Below, in pieces: positions 40,860 to 64,000 of a DNA stretch of 64,000 bases. The notes under the pieces are model-generated. The model saw only the letters and a list, made by a program, of their open reading frames with translations, searched no databases and was not told the DNA's origin. The stretch lies in NCBI RefSeq assembly GCF_009914755.1, contig NC_060942.1; one strand, given 5' to 3'. The position numbers and the translations under genes were made by a program. Source of the DNA: the human T2T-CHM13v2.0 reference genome, Homo sapiens. How positions within the stretch are numbered: the first letter of the stretch is position 1; each line of letters begins with the position of its first letter.

Positions 40860-41038
40860 TGTTACCACAAGCTTACTTTATCAAGAATCAGGAAGTACTA
40901 TGAGATCAGCATTAGATTAAAACAGTGTTGTTTTGAGTGGAAGACTACACATTTTAGGTATGTGATTAGAAAACATACTTGTCAGAATTGTCTGGCTGGA
41001 TTAATTTGCTAATTTGACCTTCTTCATCATTTGATGTG
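40860..41038 (+). promoter_or_regulatory. HRH4 proximal promoter / 5' UTR with RUNX, GATA and ETS motifs
   Basis: ACCACA 40864-40869, TTATCA 40878-40883, CAGGAAGT 40889-40896; CpG-poor. Confidence 0.6.
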
Positions 41039-57872
<16,834 letters not shown>

Positions 57873-58724
57873 AGACAATTTTCTCACCTCTGTAAATTTT
57901 AGTCTCAATCTCACCTAAATGAATCAGGTCTGCCCTTTATCTTGCCCTTTTCATTCTACCAACAGATCTGCACTTTGAAGTCAATGGTAAATTACTCCAG
58001 TGAATAATAGCAGTATAATATGACTTGATAATATTTTTGTAAACTTGTAGTCATAATAGTACTATATTCTTCTTAGTCCTCACCTCTTCCTTGTCTTTTA
58101 GATCTTAATTTCATGCTGATTACAAAAATCCAGTTTTGTTTTCTTTCTATGTTCCATGCATAATACAGTCTTAAGTGAATTTCTCTTTTTTAATTTTATC
58201 GTAATAGAAACTTATCCAGTTTGAAAATCATTCCCTAAAGCATGCAATAGGAAAAAGAACCTCCTGGCTGGGACTGCCCAACTCTGTTCTGATCAGTGGG
58301 TGGGTGAGGTAGGGTTTGAGTTGGCAAGAGCAGGGAACGGGCATGTGCCCAGGTGAGCTCCTGTGTGTGTCCAGATTTTATATTCCTAATCCCAGTAAGG
58401 AAGAAAGCGTAGTGTGGGAGAGGAGAGAGCTGATGACTGCAGTTCTCAAAGGTCCTCAGTGAAGTTATTTTGGAGGCCCTGGTGGTCACAGGATCAGAAG
58501 GCAAGGGATAGGCAGTGGTCACCAATGGTTGAAAGTATGGCTTGTCCCATTTCTTCCTGTTCTCTTTTTCTAGCTTCCACATCAGCTTCCTTTTTTGAGA
58601 ACATATAGAAGAAGAAGGCTAAGAGATGGTGAAGAGACTGCATGATTAAACTAGATAGACCTGGTATACAGTCACTGAACTAGTAGATGTCAATAATTAT
58701 TATTTTTAAAAATTTTTATTTGTT

Positions 58725-59925
58725 GGCCGGGCATGGTGGCTCACGCCTGAAATCCCAGCACTTTGGGAGGCCAAGGTGGGCGGATCATGAGGTCAGGAGA
58801 TCGAGACCATCCTGGCCAACATGGTGAAACCCCATCTGTACTAAAATACAAACAAGTAGCTGGTTGTGGCGCCGCATGCCTGTAGTCCCAGCTACTCGGG
58901 AGGCTGAGGCAGGGGAATTGCTTGAACCCGGGAGGCGGAGTTTGCCAGCCTGGCAACAGAACAAGACTCTGTCTAAAAAGAAAAAAAAATTTTTTTGTTT
59001 AAGACAGCATCTTGCTCTGTCTCCCAGGCTGGAGCGTAGTAATGCAATCATAGCTCACTGCAGCCTGGAACTCCTTGGCTCAAGCAATCCTGCTGCCTTG
59101 GCCTCCCAAGTATGTAGGACTACAGGTACTCGCCACCACACCTGGATAATTAAAAAATTATTTCTGTAGAGATGAAGTCTCACTGTGTTGCCCAGCCTGG
59201 GTGTCAATAATTATTTTTTAAAAAAAATTTTTAAAAAGGTTTTTTGAGACAGATTCTTGCTCTGTCACCCAGGCTGGAGTGCAGTAGCATGATCAGGGAT
59301 CACTGCAACCTCTGCCTCCTGGGTTCAAGCGATTCTTGTGCCTAAGCCACCTGAGCAGCTGGGATTACAGGTGCATGCCACCATGCCTGGCTAATTTTGG
59401 TATTTTTAGTAGAGATGAGGTTTTGCCATTTTGGTCAGGCTGGAATTTTTTTTTTTTTAATTTTGATAAGACAGGGTATTGCCGTGTTGGCCAGACTGGT
59501 CTCAAACTCCTGGGCTGAAACAATCCTCCCGCCTTGGCCTCCCAAAGTGCTGGGATTATAGGCACAAGACACCACAATAATTATTGCCTGTATGTCAATT
59601 ATTATTTTAAAATATTGTTGTATTTACTTAATGTCTTTAATGCATTTGCCCAATATTTTACATTGTACTGCTCAGAGGTATTCCTTTATTATGTGGTTAG
59701 CATAGGTTATACTTTGCTGACGATTCACATTTTATTAGTTTGGTTATGTTTTGTCCTTTTAAAACATTTTCTTTTGAGATGGGGGTCTTGCTCTGTTGCC
59801 CACGCAGGAGTGCAGTGGCATGCTCTCAGCTCACTGCAGCCCTGACTGCCTAGGCTCCAGCAATCTTCTTACGTCAGCCTCCAGAGTAGCTGGGACCGCA
59901 GGCACTTGCCACCACGCCCCACTAA
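58725..59925. mobile_element. Alu cluster in HRH4 3' UTR: one sense (58725-58989), three antisense (about 58990-59200, 59240-59575, 59770-59925)
   Basis: Alu consensus in both orientations. Confidence 0.88.
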
Positions 59926-60247
59926 AAATTTTTTAAATTGTTGCCTTTCTTGAAGTGTTCTCTGCCTGTCTTTGTCACAAAATTTCATTTTTCTCATAGT
60001 TAATTTCATCTCTCCGGTAAGATTTTATTGGTGTTTCTTTTATAACTTTGCAGTTCTTACACCGTTTGGTGATTTTCATGTTTCTTAGAAACTTTAAACC
60101 TTTAACTTCAAACATTAAAATACAAGTCTTTTAAGTACATGAGTGCTTAGAAATGTACATAATGTTTATATACACTTATGCCTTACATTAAAGTCCAATA
60201 TGAGAAATACATGTTTAACATTCAATAATAATTTTAAAAATTTGAGA

Positions 60248-60253
60248 AATAAA
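60248..60253 (+). terminator. Candidate HRH4 poly(A) signal
   Basis: AATAAA about 2.4 kb after the stop, followed by a GT/T-rich tract. Confidence 0.6.
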
Positions 60254-60531
60254 CTCTCATAAATGCACACATTTTTATAAACTTGCTACTTGTCTGCTGT
60301 TGATTTTAACATTTATATAAATTACTAGTTGTGGATTTCATGTGATCACTGGGGGCTTGAACATTCATGGAATGGAGTGGTCCTATGAAATCTTTTCCCA
60401 GTTGAACCTCAGGGGGTGCATGCCCAAGTATTCACATGTATTTTCTAAAGTATATATATATATAAAATATATATTGTATTTCATTCAATCTAAGATGCTG
60501 TCAAGATAAGACATATTGTTATTTTGTTTAC

Positions 60532-60894
60532 TATATTAGTCTGTTTTCATGCTGCTGATAAAGACATACTCAAGACTGGGAAGAAAAAGAGGTTTAATGG
60601 ACTTACAGTTCCACATGGGTGGGGAGGCCTCACAATCATGGTGGAAGGCAAGGAGGAGAAAGTCACTTCTTACATGGATGGTGGCAGGCAAGGAGAGAGA
60701 GCTTGTGCAGGGAAACTCCCATTTTTAAAACGATCAGATCTTGTGAGACTCATTCACTATCACCAGAACAGCACAGAAAAGACCCACTGCCATAATCCAA
60801 TCACCTCCCACCAGGTTCCTCCCACAACACATGGGAATTGTGGGAGTTACAATTCAAGGTGAGATTTGGGTGGGGACACAGCCAAACCATATCA
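60532..60894 (-). mobile_element. THE1 solo LTR
   Basis: tattagtctgttttcatgctgctgataaagacata ... ccaaaccatatca; 5-bp TSD tttac. Confidence 0.9.
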
Positions 60895-61486
60895 TTTACC
60901 ATTATGAAAGAGAAAATGCTGCAAATTGTCTGATACAATACTTTAAAAAATCACATTGACAATAAGCTTCATTCTGATTTTAGAGTTGAGATGTGGACAA
61001 TATGTGTCTTAGAAGTGATGAAGTATGATGTTTGTGTGATAAGTGAACTGAACGAGGCTAATTCTCTGTGAAACGAGAGTTTGAAAAATAAATCCTATGA
61101 TGGTACATGCATATATTTATTAAACAAGTGTTTATTGAAGGTCTATCATGTATTGGCTACTTATTGTAAAGATACCCGTGAACCGTGCCAATAAGGTTTA
61201 GATTCTGCAGGAACAGGAATTTTCCTTTGGGCTTCTCTTAGTACACCACCAGGCACTCCACAGATGCTCAGTAGATGCTTACTGAAAAGGCATACTTGAG
61301 GCATTTTCATTCAAACAGAAGGTGAATCCTAGCTTTAAAATTCAAGTATTTAATATTTGCACTAGAGGAACTTTAGAATATTTTTTCCATTATAATAAAA
61401 GTAATGTGTATTTATTGTAAGAAGAAAAGACAATACTAAAACAATTCATATATACAAAGAGTAGCCATAATTATTAGTTTGGTGAA

Positions 61487-61860
61487 TGTATTAGTCTGTT
61501 CTAGCATTGCTATAAGGAACTACCTGAGACTGGGTAATTTATAAAGAAAAGAGGTTTAATTGACTCACAGGTCAGCAGGCTGTACAGGAAGCATGCCTGG
61601 GAGGCCTCAGGAAGCTTACAATCATGGCAGAAGGTGGAGACAAACCAGGCATGTCTTACGTGGCCAGAGCAGGAGGAAGAGAGAGAAGGGGAAGCTGCTA
61701 CACACTTTTAAACAACCAGGTCTGTTGAGAACTCACTATCATGATACCAGCAAGGGGGAATCTGCCCCCATCATCCAATCACCACCAGGCCTCTCCTCCA
61801 ACATGGGGGATTACAATTTGATATAAGATTTGGGCGGGGACACAAATCCAAACCATATCA
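61487..61860 (-). mobile_element. MSTA-like solo LTR
   Basis: tgtattagtctgttct.gcattgctataa ... atccaaaccatatca. Confidence 0.88.
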
Positions 61861-62220
61861 GTGTAGATGTTTCTAAAGAAAAAAATATATAATGTAATCT
61901 CATTTTTTGGAAACACATATTTGCATATATAAATTTCTAAAGATATCTTCAGGCAAATGCTTTCATAAAATGAAGCCTTCTGTTCTAGAATGAGTAATTA
62001 CTGCTCTCTCCCCCAAACATGGCAGGCTTATAAAATCTGATTTTTAAATATTTATTTGCTCATCTTAAATCCAGACCCAAATCCACTGGCATAATTGGCA
62101 GAACATTCCTAAGAATATTGGCTTCTAAGTATTGTCTTCAGTTGGTGTGTATAGAAATGGACCCCTGAAGAGTGAAGAAGGGCTTTGGGATATAAATGCT
62201 GATTAGGAATGACACTGTAG

Positions 62221-62903
<683 letters not shown>

Positions 62904-63759
62904 TAATTGGGATTTTACAGAACTATTTTTGTGGCTTTTCAGTAACAATTTTCCTGTAGTAAAGATCTTGGTATTTGAAGAAACCTTTTTTCACATTATG
63001 ATTTCAGAAAAAGAATTTCTAGAATACAAAGAAAATTTTTATTCTAATAATTGCTATCAGTCAAAGTTGAATGAAGAAAAGAGAAACCATGTTAATTATT
63101 TCAAGCAGAAGAAATTTAATGCGGGGAATTGGTTAACCCAGAGATTAATACTTTGAGAAAAGAGCTAACATCTTAGGTATTGAGAGAATATAAGGGGAGA
63201 AGTGATGTTATCAAAATCTAGGATCTTGGAGAAGTATCTGGAGGACTGATGCTTGGATTTCTGATTGATTTGTGATGCTTTGTGGTTAGGGCTTGGGCAT
63301 CCCAAGGGATGGGGCCAGCTGGTGCTCAGACTGCCACATGGGGTTGAGGGACAGCCGTGGCGGCTGCAGCTGGTCCCTCGGATGGGGTACATTGAAGTAG
63401 GAGGCTTGTTGTGCACTGCTGCTGGAGAGATGTCAACTCACGCTAGAAGTGCTAAGTGAGTTTCTTCTCAGTACCTCCCATCTTCCTATTTCTTGCCCGT
63501 GTTTTCCATTGGTGGAAGCTAACTGAGAACCAGTTGATGAGAGAGTCTGAGAAGTAGGTGTGACTCCTAGCTCCAGCCTTATGGTGTGGTATCTGAAAAG
63601 GTGGGCTTGAAGCTTATAGACAACAGAGAAATAACTGGCAAATGCATCGTGTGTTTAAGCATAATAATGTAGAACTTTGGCCTTTAGGGATTCACACCTA
63701 CAGTTTCAACTGTACCATAAGCAGCCTACCACTCCATTACATATTGTAATTTGTAGTTT

Positions 63760-64000
63760 TCTTTTTCTTTTCTTTTCTTTTTTTTTGAGACAGAGTTTCA
63801 CTCTGTCGCCCAGGCTGGAGTGCAGTGGCACAATCTCAGCTCACTGTAGCCTCTGCCTCTCGGGTTCAAACCATTCTCCTGCCTCACCCTCCCAAGTAGC
63901 TAGGGCTACAGGTGTGAGCCACCATGCCCAGGTAATTTTTGTATTTTTAGTAGAGATGGGGTTTCCCTATGTTGGCCAGTCTGGTCTTGAACTCCTGGCC
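63760..64000 (-). mobile_element. Alu, truncated by the window end
   Basis: Antisense Alu consensus. Confidence 0.9.

Noticed and set aside
60532-61860. Two same-orientation MaLR LTRs as one provirus
   Set aside because: Different subfamilies (THE1 and MSTA-like), and the first has its own TSD, so they are independent solo LTRs

Overview
Primate genomic DNA; an AluYb8 insertion indicates human. From recalled knowledge this is the 18q11.2 locus. It holds two complete + strand genes whose exons I assembled by hand with GT-AG junctions. IMPACT has 11 coding exons (963 nt, 320 aa; RWD domain plus the ancient UPF0029/YigZ-like domain; a GCN1-binding inhibitor of GCN2) and a CpG-island promoter. 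HRH4 has 3 coding exons (1173 nt, 390 aa; histamine H4 receptor). The rest is repeat-dense: about 45 Alus, L1/L2/MIR fragments, MaLR/ERVL LTRs, Tigger and Charlie DNA transposons, and a retroposed Y3 RNA copy. Nearly all other ORFs in the track are Alu or chance ORFs. I see no convincing new multi-gene system. The best second-look items are a decayed class III ERV integrase/dUTPase (possibly env) fossil between the genes, an ATG-TGA start-stop overlapping the HRH4 start codon, six tandem NAG acceptors at IMPACT exon 7, inverted Alus in the HRH4 3' UTR, and a perfect CLEAR/E-box palindrome in IMPACT intron 10. Repeat boundaries and subfamilies are by-eye estimates.
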